Shown piece after piece: positions 7,692-17,500 of a DNA stretch of 41,153 bases; position 1 is the first letter of the stretch; every line of letters starts with the position of its first letter. The translations under genes were made by a program, and so were the position numbers. The notes under the pieces are model-generated. The model was not told the DNA's origin and made no database searches. It saw only the letters and a list, made by a program, of their open reading frames with translations. The stretch lies in assembly GCA_964399325.1 (NCBI GenBank), contig CAYNQP010000001.1:1-41153 (forward strand), written 5' to 3'. The stretch is from an uncultured Pirellulales bacterium. Its GTDB lineage: Bacteria; Planctomycetota; Phycisphaerae; Sedimentisphaerales; Anaerobacaceae.

Positions 7692-9029
7692 ATGGCCGGA
7701 CACAGGAATGTCACACGTCGTGGGTTTGTCAGAAGCACAGCGGGCCTTGCCATCGGGGCAGTGGGGTTCCCCCATGTCGTTCGCCCCTCGGCGCTGGGCA
7801 AGGCGGGCACGGTCGCGGCGAGCGAGCGCATTACCGTCGGCACCATCGGCGTCGGTCCGCAGGGCATCTACGTGATGCGCAACTTCCTGGCGCAGAACGA
7901 TTGCCGAGTCGTCGCGGTCTGCGACGTCAACAAGCCCGTGCTCGAAGCGGGCCGGGCCGTGGTCAACGAGCACTACCAGAACACCGACTGCGCCACCTGC
8001 GCGGATTTTCGCGAGCTCATCGCTCGTGACGATATTGACGTGGTCCACATCGCGACCTGCGATCATTGGCACGTTCTGGTCGCGCTCGAGGCCGCGCGGG
8101 CAGGCAAGGACATCTACCTGGAGAAGCCGATGGGCCTGAGTCTCGCCGAGGACCAGGTCCTGCGCGAGGCCTGCCGCCGGTATGGCACGATCTTTCAGTT
8201 CGGTACGCAGCAGCGGTCGGAACGCAACTTCCGCTTTGCTTGCGAACTGGTTCGCAACGGTCGGATCGGCAAGCTCCACACAATCAACGTCTGGTGCCTC
8301 GGCAGCAGTTCCGGCGGCCCCCGGCAGCCGGTTGCGCCGCCGGATTGGATCGACTACGATATGTGGCTGGGCCCCGCTCCGTACCATCCCTGCACGCCGA
8401 ATCGTTACACCAACCAGTGGTGGTGGTTCATCTCCGATTACGCGCTCGGATGGATTGCCGGCTGGGGCGTCCATCCACTGGATATCGCGATGTGGGGCGG
8501 CGCCGATAAGCTCGCCTGTCCCGTCGAGGTCGAGGGCAAAGGCGCCTGGCCCGATCCTGCCGGCGTCTGTGACACGGCGATGAACTGGAATATCGTCTGC
8601 AAGTACGACAGCGGCGTCAGAATGAATTTCACTGGCAATCCTGTCCCGGATGCGTGGCGCAGCCGCTACGGGCGCACGTCCGACCACGGCACGGCCTTCG
8701 AAGGCGACGCCGGCTGGGTCCACGTGGACCGCTCCGGGCTGAACGCACACCCGAAGGAGTTGCTGAGCACGGACCTGGGACCCAACGATACTCGTCTCTA
8801 CGAGAGCAACAACCACGCCAGGAACCTGCTGAATTGTGCCAAGAGCCGCCGCGAGACCATCTGCCCGATTGACGTCGCTGTCCAGGCCGATACACTGTGT
8901 CACATCAGCGACATTGCGATACGTCTCGAACGCAAGCTCCGCTGGGACCCGGGCGAAGAACGCTTCGTCGGCAACGACGCCGCCAACTGCCGGCTCGTCC
9001 GGGCCATGCGAAGCCCCTGGCGATTGTAG
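7692..9029 (+). CDS. Gfo/Idh/MocA-family oxidoreductase with twin-arginine signal
   Basis: MAGHRNVTRRGFVRSTAGLAIGAV is a Tat motif. ITVGTIGVGPQG is the Rossmann start, followed by ...DVVHIATCDHWH... and EKPM, the family signature. GAGGAAG lies 6 nt upstream of ATG 7692. Confidence 0.85.
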   Translation: MAGHRNVTRRGFVRSTAGLAIGAVGFPHVVRPSALGKAGTVAASERITVGTIGVGPQGIYVMRNFLAQNDCRVVAVCDVNKPVLEAGRAVVNEHYQNTDCATCADFRELIARDDIDVVHIATCDHWHVLVALEAARAGKDIYLEKPMGLSLAEDQVLREACRRYGTIFQFGTQQRSERNFRFACELVRNGRIGKLHTINVWCLGSSSGGPRQPVAPPDWIDYDMWLGPAPYHPCTPNRYTNQWWWFISDYALGWIAGWGVHPLDIAMWGGADKLACPVEVEGKGAWPDPAGVCDTAMNWNIVCKYDSGVRMNFTGNPVPDAWRSRYGRTSDHGTAFEGDAGWVHVDRSGLNAHPKELLSTDLGPNDTRLYESNNHARNLLNCAKSRRETICPIDVAVQADTLCHISDIAIRLERKLRWDPGEERFVGNDAANCRLVRAMRSPWRL

Positions 9030-9092
9030 GATCGCCACAGTTGTTGAGTTGAGAGTCGTTCACGAACAGGCACGTGTAAGGAGAGAAGTCAC

Positions 9093-9767
9093 ATGGCAAG
9101 GAATCTGGTTCTGCTAACGGTGTGTGTGGGTGTTCTCGCGGCCGGCTGTCAATCTGCAGATAAGATGGTCGGTAAAGCCGCGGGATGGCACGACCTTTTC
9201 AACGGTAAGGACTTGGATGGCTGGAAGGCCAGCGAGAACAAGGGCACTTTCACGGTCAAGGACGGTGCCATCGTCGCGCACGGCGAGCGGAGCCATCTCT
9301 TCTATGTCGGCCCGGTCGAGAACGCCGACTTCGCCGACTTCGAGTTCCGGGCCGATGTCATGACCACGCCCGGCTCCAATTCGGGCATCTACTTCCACAC
9401 CGCTTACCAGGAAACGGGCTGGCCGAGCCAAGGGTATGAATGCCAGGTCAATCAGAGCTACCAGGCGGACCCGAAGAAGACCGGCGGCCTGTACAACATC
9501 GTCAACATCGACGCCAAGGACAACCCAGCCCAAGACAACGAGTGGTACACCCAGCAGATCATCGTCCGAGGCAAGCACGTTGTCGTCAATATCATCACGG
9601 GCATCGACGGCCCCAAGCCGACGGTCCACAACGTGGTCGATTACACCGAGCCGGACGATCTCGACAGGCAGCAACCCCGGCTTTCCAGCGGCACGTTCGC
9701 CCTGCAGGGCCACGACCCGAAGAGCCTGGTCCACTTCAAGAATGTCAGGGTCAAGCCACTGCCCTGA
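9093..9767 (+). CDS. DUF1080 (3-keto-disaccharide hydrolase-like) lipoprotein
   Basis: Lipobox VLAAGC. Also GWHDLFNGKDLDGWK...FTVKDGAIV......FEFRADV....GSNSGIYFH...YECQV......KTGGLY......NEW.......G......SGTFALQGHD....HFKNVRVKPL. AAGGAG RBS. Confidence 0.85.
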   Translation: MARNLVLLTVCVGVLAAGCQSADKMVGKAAGWHDLFNGKDLDGWKASENKGTFTVKDGAIVAHGERSHLFYVGPVENADFADFEFRADVMTTPGSNSGIYFHTAYQETGWPSQGYECQVNQSYQADPKKTGGLYNIVNIDAKDNPAQDNEWYTQQIIVRGKHVVVNIITGIDGPKPTVHNVVDYTEPDDLDRQQPRLSSGTFALQGHDPKSLVHFKNVRVKPLP

Positions 9768-9818
9768 GCTTAGGGCACGGCCAGCTAAGACACCGAACCT
9801 GCAAACCGAGAGGTCGAT

Positions 9819-10592
9819 ATGAATGCAACGAAGAAGGCGATACTCTGGGGACTACTTCTGGCGGCTGTGAGTCTCCTCTGTTCTTGCCGGGCCGGCGTCC
9901 TCAAGGGCAGGGCCGCACTGCCGGAGAAGATCAGAGTCGTCGTTGTCACGGGAGGTCACGACTTCGAGCATGACCCGTTCTTCACGCTGTTTCAAGGCTA
10001 CGACGACATCGAGTACATCGAGGCCGAGCAGAAAGATCACAGCGAGCTGTTCGAGGATATCGCCGGCTGGGACTATGATGTCATCGTCCTTTACAACATG
10101 ACCCGGGAAATCTCCCCGAAGCGACAGGAGAACTTCAGGGCATTGTTGAAGGACAAAGGTGTGGGTTTGGTGGCGCTGCACCACTGCGAAGCGGCCTTTG
10201 GCGATTGGGACGAGTACCGCAGGATCATCGGGGCCAAGTACCCTCAGACGGACCAGGAGATCGACGGGGTGGCCTACCCGACCGGCACGTACCTGCACGA
10301 CGTCGATCTGACCGTCCACATCGCTGATAGCACACACCCGATCACGCGCGGCATGAAGGATTTCGAGATTCACGACGAGACCTACAAGAGCTGCTGGTTC
10401 GCCCCGGACAATCACGTCCTGCTGACAGTGGACCATCCGACCAGTGACAAGACGATCGGCTGGACGCGCCCCTACGGCCCGGCTCGCGTCTGCTTCCTCC
10501 AGGGCGGCCACGACTCCAAGGCCTACGCCAACGTGAACTACCGCGCGCTCGTCGTCCGCGCCATCCGCTGGACCGCCGGCGAGTTGAAATAG
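9819..10592 (+). CDS. ThuA-domain protein (class I glutamine-amidotransferase-like fold), secreted
   Basis: Signal peptide, then KIRVVVVTGGHDFEHDPFF...YDVIVLYNM...GVGLVALHH...HPITRGM.DFEIHDETY...GWTRPYG.ARVCFLQGGHD. Confidence 0.8.
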   Translation: MNATKKAILWGLLLAAVSLLCSCRAGVLKGRAALPEKIRVVVVTGGHDFEHDPFFTLFQGYDDIEYIEAEQKDHSELFEDIAGWDYDVIVLYNMTREISPKRQENFRALLKDKGVGLVALHHCEAAFGDWDEYRRIIGAKYPQTDQEIDGVAYPTGTYLHDVDLTVHIADSTHPITRGMKDFEIHDETYKSCWFAPDNHVLLTVDHPTSDKTIGWTRPYGPARVCFLQGGHDSKAYANVNYRALVVRAIRWTAGELK

Positions 10593-10724
10593 CGTATCTG
10601 CGTGACCCGCGTCGCGGCCAGAGGCCCATGTCGTCCTCAGCGAGTCCGGCCTTTGTCGGCTGGTTCGCCGGTTTGGGTCTGGGCAGACTTCTCAGCGATC
10701 TCCGTCTCGACGGGCGCACTCTGT

Positions 10725-10756
10725 GGCGCCCAAGAGGCCTTGGGAGCCTTGGCGCC
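10725..10756. terminator. Possible bidirectional stem-loop between convergent genes
   Basis: GGCGCCCAAGAGGCCTTGGGAGCCTTGGCGCC contains a nested CCAAG-AGGC-CTTGG hairpin, and the outer GGCGCC(C)AAG / CTTGGCGCC arms can pair. There is no U-tract, so the call is weak. Confidence 0.25.
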
Positions 10757-10765
10757 GGGCGAGTT

Positions 10766-11629
10766 TCAGTGCGTTAGGGCATAGAGAATGATGTTGATCC
10801 CCATCTGGATGGTTTGGCGATAGCCCTCGATACTCCATTCAAGGCCCTGGCTGTCGCACCAGCCGCAGTGAAGGTCGTTGGAGCTGAGAAAGACTGCCAG
10901 GCGGTCGCCCATGAAGACGCCGCGGGCGCCGTGGTTCTGGCCGTGTGGCCGGTTCCAGCCTTTTGGATAACGGCCGCCGCTATAGTGCAGATATGGAAGT
11001 CCAGTATCGCCGAAATCATAGACGTTGTGAAAGACTTCGTGTGTGGTTGGGATCACGCGGACGGAACCGCGCCCGAAGACTTCCTCCAATACCTCGTAAG
11101 CACAACGGTAGAAGAAATCTCCGCCGTCGAGAATGACGCAGTCGTCCATGAGAAGGAAGCCGCCGGCCGCGATGTAGTCCTGCAAGTTCCGTTTCTGGGT
11201 GTCGGTCAGTATGAAGCCGTTCTCGCCGGTCATGAAGAGGAACGGATATTCGCGCAGCCGGTTGAGTTCGTCGAATGTCACGATAGCGTTGAATTGTCCG
11301 TTCGCGGCGTAGGTCGGGTCCCAATTCACGGCCCCCCGGATCGGCTTGACCCGGCACCGGATGACAGTGGACAACTCGCGAAGAAGATTGGCGTCGCCGC
11401 CGGGACGCACATTCCAGAGGTCCGGCCCTTTGCCTGTTCCCCGATAGGCCACCTCCGTAAATTGGACGCGCGGGAGAATGAAGTCGTATCGGTCGAGGTC
11501 GTCGGGTTGCGGGTAGCTCGCATTCTCTTGGGCCCGGCTCAGGCTCGACGCCATTGTCCCGGCCAGCACCGTTTGGCCCAGCAGTCTCAGGAACTCTCGC
11601 CGTTTCATGTAGTCTGGTTTGCCGTTCAT
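10766..11629 (-). CDS. DUF4159-domain protein with Tat-type signal
   Basis: MNGKPDYMKRREFLRLLGQTVLAG is Tat-like. The sequence ...YPFLFMTGENGFILTDTQKRNLQDYIAAGGFLLMDDC... is the DUF4159 hallmark. It starts 11 nt after the upstream gene's stop. The ORF track's extension to 11788 overlaps that gene and is not coding-like. Confidence 0.75.
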   Translation of the reverse strand: MNGKPDYMKRREFLRLLGQTVLAGTMASSLSRAQENASYPQPDDLDRYDFILPRVQFTEVAYRGTGKGPDLWNVRPGGDANLLRELSTVIRCRVKPIRGAVNWDPTYAANGQFNAIVTFDELNRLREYPFLFMTGENGFILTDTQKRNLQDYIAAGGFLLMDDCVILDGGDFFYRCAYEVLEEVFGRGSVRVIPTTHEVFHNVYDFGDTGLPYLHYSGGRYPKGWNRPHGQNHGARGVFMGDRLAVFLSSNDLHCGWCDSQGLEWSIEGYRQTIQMGINIILYALTH

Positions 11630-11640
11630 TTTGTCGCTCT

Positions 11641-12414
11641 TCAATTCGCAGTCAGGAAGTACTTCGATGCCGCTGATCCATCGACGGATTCGACACTGTG
11701 ACGCCAGGGCCGTTCGCTGGGAATACCATCGCCGTTGTCGTCCAGACAGGGCGTTTCCGTGGAGAGGAGCTCGCGATCGCGATACCACTGTTCGATCTGG
11801 CGCGCGGCGGCGGTGAAGGCCTCAAGCACGGAGATCCTCCCGTCTGCGTCCGTATCACTCTGGGGCTGCGTCAGGGCCCGCACGAAATGCAGACCAAAGC
11901 GGGTGCTGTGAACCTGGACTTCGGTCGTGGCGCAGACGACAATGCGCCCGGATCCCGCCAGCGTCTTGGCGGCCAGCGCCGCGCACGGACAATCGAGCAC
12001 AATGAGCTGGGTCTTCGCCCTGATCCGGCTCAGCCCGCCCGCCACGTCTTCGCCGGTGACATCCGGGCCCGGCAGGTTCAGACGAAGCCGGCCGGTCACG
12101 GCATTAGCCTGACCCATGTAGTAGAACACGAATTTGTCTTGCGGACCGACGGTGGACATCAAGGCGCTCATCGCCTTGGCGATGTTGTCCGCCGCCGCAT
12201 CGTCTGCGGTCAGCACCGTCAGGCGAGCCGGATCGACTTGGGCGTCGGTGAGCAGATACTGCCGCAGGCTCTCCAAAACGCGGTCTTTGCCGAGCCGGTC
12301 TTCAGGCTCCTTGCTGATCCCGTTGATGACGAGCGCGTAGGTGTCACCCGCATTCGCCCTCGCAAGGCCGGAGGCTGTCAATAAGAGCAATATGGCGATA
12401 TTTCGTGTCGTCAT
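11641..12414 (-). CDS. Secreted caspase/legumain (clan CD, C13-like) fold protein, apparently lacking the catalytic His
   Basis: Signal peptide MTTRNIAILLLLTASGLARA, then YALVINGIS..., ...KFVFYYMGQANAV (Gln where the His-Gly dyad is expected), QLIVLDCPCAAL (Cys position retained), and ...DADGRISVLEAF.. plus DDNGDG Ca-like motifs. The alignment was done by eye only. Confidence 0.55.
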   Translation of the reverse strand: MTTRNIAILLLLTASGLARANAGDTYALVINGISKEPEDRLGKDRVLESLRQYLLTDAQVDPARLTVLTADDAAADNIAKAMSALMSTVGPQDKFVFYYMGQANAVTGRLRLNLPGPDVTGEDVAGGLSRIRAKTQLIVLDCPCAALAAKTLAGSGRIVVCATTEVQVHSTRFGLHFVRALTQPQSDTDADGRISVLEAFTAAARQIEQWYRDRELLSTETPCLDDNGDGIPSERPWRHSVESVDGSAASKYFLTAN

Positions 12415-12425
12415 TTTTCTATCTT

Positions 12426-14582
12426 TCAGACGAGGCCGATGGCCCGTCGCAGGAACCAGTTGATCGAGAGCAGCGCGCATAGCGTCAGCAGCAGGGGCCA
12501 CGTCGGCCATGTGCTGACGACCGTTTCGGTCGTGCCGGTCTGCTGCCTGGGGACGAAGACCTCGGCCACGTGGTCGTCGAGGTCGTCGATATGGACGTAT
12601 CTGGCGCCGGCCTGCCGGGCCAGCTCACGCAGGAAGGGCTCGTCCAATTGGACGTTGGACATCTCATCCTCGACAGCGGGCAAGCTCGCGGCGATAGTCC
12701 TCTCGCCGAGGAAGGCCCCGTTGCTTTCAGCTTGGACCGTGGCGACCACCGATTGCGAATAGCCCTGCTCGCTTTCGGCGCTGTAGCTGCCTTGTCCGAG
12801 AGGTTTCATCGCGATGACGCGGTCGCCGACCGATAAGAGCACGTTGGCCCGATCGACGGGCCGGAATTCCTTGTCCAGAACGTAGGCGCTGAAGACGGCG
12901 CGCTTGGGATTATCCGCGGCTCGTTCGACGAACAACTCGATGCCCGCGCCGCGCGCCGGGGTCCGTCCCAGGTAGCCGACCAAGCCGGAAATCATCTCGC
13001 TCAGTAGTCCTCCCTGACGATTCTCCCGGTAGAGCGTAAACAGCTTGCAGGTGTTGAGCAGGCACACCCGCCCGCGCCGGAGCCGGTGCGCCGAGGCGAT
13101 CGGTGCTTCCTGGGCTTTCGCCAGCGTCGTCGAGGCGGGTTTGACCAGGGCAATGTCGTAGTAGGCCGAGAGCGTATAATCCTGATCCTTGAACGCCTCG
13201 GGATTGAATACCCGGCCGATTTCGGCCTCGAATGTCACAGCGATCGCATCCGGCCTCGGCGGCCAGAGCCGCGCGTCGCGCTCCTTCAGCACGACCGGCA
13301 GCAGGGCGTTGCCGCGCTCGTCGTTCCAGGCCGCCAGCGACACTACGTCCGGACCGGGCAGGAGCAGCAGGCCGCCGCCGCGGTCGGCAACGAAACTGTA
13401 CAGTCCATCCAATTGCCCGGGTGTGAACTGGCTCAGGTCGCACGGGCCGAGAATGATAACGTCGTATTCGAAGAATTCCTCCTTGTTGCGCGGCAGCTTC
13501 ACGTACCCGCCGACCTCGACGGCACTCTTCGAGAGGGCCGGGTCCTTGATCACGTCGAACGCCAGATCCAAGTCGATGCGCTTGTCCCAGGCCAGGGCCT
13601 GACGAATCTTGCCGACGTCGAAGTTCGCCCACTGCGTGTACAGCAGGACGTTGAGCCGGCGTTCCTGAGCCACCTCAAAGGACGTCCCGCGGGTATTATT
13701 GGCTACGTTCGCTTCCGCTTCCTGAGGCTTCGCCTCTACGGTCAGCACGTGCGTGCCCAACGACTGCGGTGGGATGGCGAATTCGAGTTCCGCCTCGCCG
13801 GCGCCAAACGCGACGGCGTCGAGCCGACGCGTGTCTATGATCTGGTTGTCGCAGAGCAACTCGACCGTCACTGGATCGGCGGAGAGATTCGTGCCCTTGA
13901 TCGTCACGGTTGCGACCGATGCTGTGTCCACCCAAACGCGCGCCGGCGCCGAGATCGACGTCACGGCGATGTCCATCCTGGGCTCGCGTGACCCAATGCC
14001 CACGAGGACGATGGGCAGATCGTCCCGGGACGCGAACGGATAGCTGCGCGGGTCCTTGTCGAGCGTCTGGCCGTCTGTGAAGATGACCACGCCGGCCTCC
14101 CGCCTCTGGTCTGCCGCCTGCTCGCGGTCCGGCAGCAGCGAGAAGGCGCTGTGCAGATCGGTCTGCTCACCCCACCGGCGCAGCAAACTCGGCGCGCCGC
14201 AATGATACGCATGGAGGTCGAAGCCGTAAACCTTGTACTGCGGTCCGGCCGTCTCGGACGGATGAAACCGTTCCGCGAAGCCTTCGACCGCCTTGTCCAG
14301 GCGCGACGGTTCTTTGTCATCGGCAATAGACATGCTCCGGCTCGTATCGAAGATGGCCAGGACGGCATTTTGCTGGTAGACGTCGGTACTGTCCCAACGA
14401 GACGGGTTCCAGACGATCGCCAGGAGCACGAGCATCGCGGCATAGTGGCTCAGCATCAGTAGCCAGACGACCCGCCGGTGTCGGGCTGCGAGCCTGGGAC
14501 GAAAGGCCGCGAACGTCAGCGCCGCCAACGCCAGGGCGACAGTGACCGCAAGGAAATGTCCGGGATAGTCAACCAGCGTCAT
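12426..14582 (-). CDS. Membrane-anchored VWA-domain protein with GATase1-like/DUF1355-like central region (BatB-like)
   Basis: 718 aa. Two N-terminal TM helices and one C-terminal TM helix. MIDAS motif AIFDTSRSMS and VIFTDGQT. The central region YDVIILGPCD...GGGLLLLPG is like class-I amidotransferase-fold Bat-operon proteins. ATGA overlap with the upstream gene at 14579-14582. Confidence 0.75.
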   Translation of the reverse strand: MTLVDYPGHFLAVTVALALAALTFAAFRPRLAARHRRVVWLLMLSHYAAMLVLLAIVWNPSRWDSTDVYQQNAVLAIFDTSRSMSIADDKEPSRLDKAVEGFAERFHPSETAGPQYKVYGFDLHAYHCGAPSLLRRWGEQTDLHSAFSLLPDREQAADQRREAGVVIFTDGQTLDKDPRSYPFASRDDLPIVLVGIGSREPRMDIAVTSISAPARVWVDTASVATVTIKGTNLSADPVTVELLCDNQIIDTRRLDAVAFGAGEAELEFAIPPQSLGTHVLTVEAKPQEAEANVANNTRGTSFEVAQERRLNVLLYTQWANFDVGKIRQALAWDKRIDLDLAFDVIKDPALSKSAVEVGGYVKLPRNKEEFFEYDVIILGPCDLSQFTPGQLDGLYSFVADRGGGLLLLPGPDVVSLAAWNDERGNALLPVVLKERDARLWPPRPDAIAVTFEAEIGRVFNPEAFKDQDYTLSAYYDIALVKPASTTLAKAQEAPIASAHRLRRGRVCLLNTCKLFTLYRENRQGGLLSEMISGLVGYLGRTPARGAGIELFVERAADNPKRAVFSAYVLDKEFRPVDRANVLLSVGDRVIAMKPLGQGSYSAESEQGYSQSVVATVQAESNGAFLGERTIAASLPAVEDEMSNVQLDEPFLRELARQAGARYVHIDDLDDHVAEVFVPRQQTGTTETVVSTWPTWPLLLTLCALLSINWFLRRAIGLV

Positions 14583-17500
14583 CGGGTATCATCCGGCGGC
14601 TTGAACTTGGCCGCATTCTCGAAAAACTCGTTCTCAACTTCGAAGAACTCCACATCCGAAGGTTCGTCTTCAACCGGACGCACCTGCCGATTTCTTGCCT
14701 GGATCGCAATCGACCAGAACTGCTGAGCCATCAGGCGAGCCGTTTCGGCGCGGTTTCCGGCCCCAGCTTTCGTGTAGACAAGGCTCGATCCAGGGCCGCC
14801 GCCTGAGATAGTGGCCCACTGTGCCCCGGCCATACTATCGAGCACCCGCTCGGCGACCTTGAGACGTTCGAGCATGTCCTCTCGCTCTTCGGGGCTGACC
14901 GATTCATCCAGCGAGTCGGCATCGGCGGCAAGCTGCTTGGCAAGGGCCTCCGCCTTCTCGGCATCGGTCTGCGGCTTGCCAGCCGACAACCCACGTTCGA
15001 TTGCCTGGCTTGCCTCGGCCAACTCACGAGCGGCCGCGTCGGTCAGGTCGGTCATTTGCGATTCCTTGTCGGCGGATGTCGCGGGGTCGTAACGCAGGTC
15101 GCCGAGCTTGTCCTCGAACGCCTTCATGCTCTCGACCGCCTTGTCGATGCGTTGTTTGGCCTGGTTGCGCACGTCGGCATGGTTCGAGGACTCCGGCAGA
15201 GCCATTTTCCCAAGCTCGTCGGAAACCTCCGACGCCTGCTCACGCAGCGCCTTCTGCCTGGCTTCGAGCATACGTGTGCGCGCGTCCGCATCGGCGGACG
15301 AGTCCCCCGGCCCGCTCTGCGAATTCGCCGAAGATTGGGCGTCGGATGCTTCGCCAGGTCCGGGAGAAGAAGGCCTGCCCTGCGATGCCGTGGTCTGCTT
15401 ATCACGAGATTGTCCTTGGCCCTGCAAGCCCTCAGAGCCGCTGGCCGGCTGCTCCTTCCCTGACCCAGGCTGGGCGGCGTCACTCTGCGCCTGCTGCGAA
15501 GCATCTCCCTTGGACGCACCGTTCTGCTCTGTAGCCTGATCGGCGCCCATTTGGCCCTGGCCTTGCGAACCCTCTCCCTGTGAATTCCCCGATGAATCAG
15601 CCGTCTGCTCTTGGCCGGTCCCTTGCTGTCCCGCGTCGCCCTGAGCCTGATTCGAAGAGGCATCTGTCTTGGATGAGTCGTCCTGCGGCGCGGTTTGATT
15701 CTCATCTTTCCCACTCTCGGTGCCTTCCAGGTCCTTCTCACTCTTCTGACCCTTTTGGCTCTTCTGACCCTTCTCACCTTTCTCACCCTTCTGACTTTCC
15801 TGCCCGGACGACTGTCCCTCACTACTGGACTGGCTTTGCTCTTGAAGACTCTTGGTCAAGTCGGCCTTCAGCGACTTCTGCTCGCGGGCCAGCTTGTCGA
15901 TCTTCTGTTGCAGCTTTTCAAGCTGGTTCTCGGTGCGCTGCTGGTCCTGCGGAGTCTCGACGTCGGGTTTCTCTTGCAGCGTGATGCGTTCCGGCTTCTC
16001 CTGCGGCACGCTCTGACCGCTATCGGGCGGGTTCCATTTCATGTGCAGTTCGTCGATGAGCTTACGCAGAAGACGATACGCGTCTCTCTCGGGCGGCAGG
16101 GCGCCGTCCGCATCGCTCATCGAAAGACGCCGCTTCGCCTGCGTGTGCAGTTCGATAACCTCGTTGACAGTGGACGTGGTGCTGTCGTCGAATTTCGACT
16201 CCGGATCGTCGCGTAGATGCGCCAGTGTGGCGGTGCAGTATTCGATGTCGGTGCACAGGGCCTCGAACTTGGGCCGGTCCCTCTCGATGATGGCGGGTGT
16301 CTGGGCCAGCGCCCAGGTCTTCTTGAGAATGGCGCGGGTATATTCGAGAACGGTGATCAAGTCATCTGAAACGGCTCCCGGCGTGCTGCTCGGTCCGCCG
16401 CCCGCCTGCGGGTGCCAGTATTGTCGATAGGGCCGGATCTCCACGAAGTAGATGTCACTGCTGCAGTTGGCGTCCGCCCTCTTCTGTCCTGTCACGACGT
16501 CCCTGGCCTTGGCGTAGAACAGGACGCTGTCGCCGACCTTCAAGTCGTAGCGTTCGAGTTCGAGGGTGCAAGAAACACGGGCCTGTTTTACGCCTTGCGG
16601 ATCGTTCGTGTCGAGAACCAGTGGTTCGCCGCTTGGCAGCTCGCAGCAAAGCTGCGCCGCGTCGAGACCGAAATCATCGGTGATCTCGAATGCGATCGGG
16701 ATACTCGCGACATCGGTGGCTAAGCAATCGCCCTCGGGGCTGCGCAGCTTGAACTGCGGCGGCTCGTCTGATTTGAGGACGACGCGCAATTCCTGGGGGT
16801 CGCTGTTGGCCAGCCCTTCGGCGCCCACCAGGCCGAACGTCAGTGACAGAGGGCGATCGGCCGTGAGGCGCACGCTGAAGGTTTGGTCTCCGTTGAGCGC
16901 CTGCACTGTTGGCTGTTCACCCAGCCCGCTGATCGTCGCTTCTCGCAGAGGCGCCGTGGTCCTGACCCGGAGCTCGACGCGGCTGTAAGGCAGGACCTCG
17001 AGCTTCCGTTTCTCGACCTTCTCCGTGCGCGCCGGGAGCGTCTGCCGGTCGTTCTCGCTCGGCAGCGACACCAGCGCTGTGACGCTCTCGATGGCGGGCG
17101 GCTGCGCCACGGTAATCGCGTACGTCTCGGAGCATCCATCGGGCGTTTCAAAGCGGTACGTGTTGTCCCCGAGGGTGTCGAAAGCCGGCGTCGCGGTGAA
17201 CGTCGCGCGCCCGTCGGCATCGACGGTCGGTCGAATCTCGATCCGCTGTGGCTGCTCGGGCGAGACCCCATTCGTCTCGGTCGGCCGTTGCCTGATCAGC
17301 ACCAGCGTCGCGGAATCCGGCGTGCGTCCCTCGACCTCGGCCACCAGCGTGACGGGGACATTGGGAGCGGTCACGACGTCGCCCGTGGTCGACTTGAGGA
17401 TCGTGGTCGGCACCGGCGCGATCGCCGAGAACGGCCGGACGAGGCGCGACAGATAGGCCGAGAAGTAGACAATGTTCTGGTGAACGAACACGCCCACGAC

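Noticed and set aside
7626-9038. 470-aa minus-strand ORF covering the whole Gfo/Idh/MocA gene
   Set aside because: The plus-strand frame carries the Tat signal, Rossmann and EKPM family motifs and a good RBS. The antisense product is Arg/Ala/Gly/Val/Asp-rich with no recognisable motif. This is the typical shadow ORF of high-GC DNA.
15734-15805. Short tandem repeats as a possible CRISPR-like or minisatellite locus
   Set aside because: The units are 9 nt, contiguous with no spacers, in frame, and inside a long ORF. This is coding low-complexity sequence, not CRISPR.
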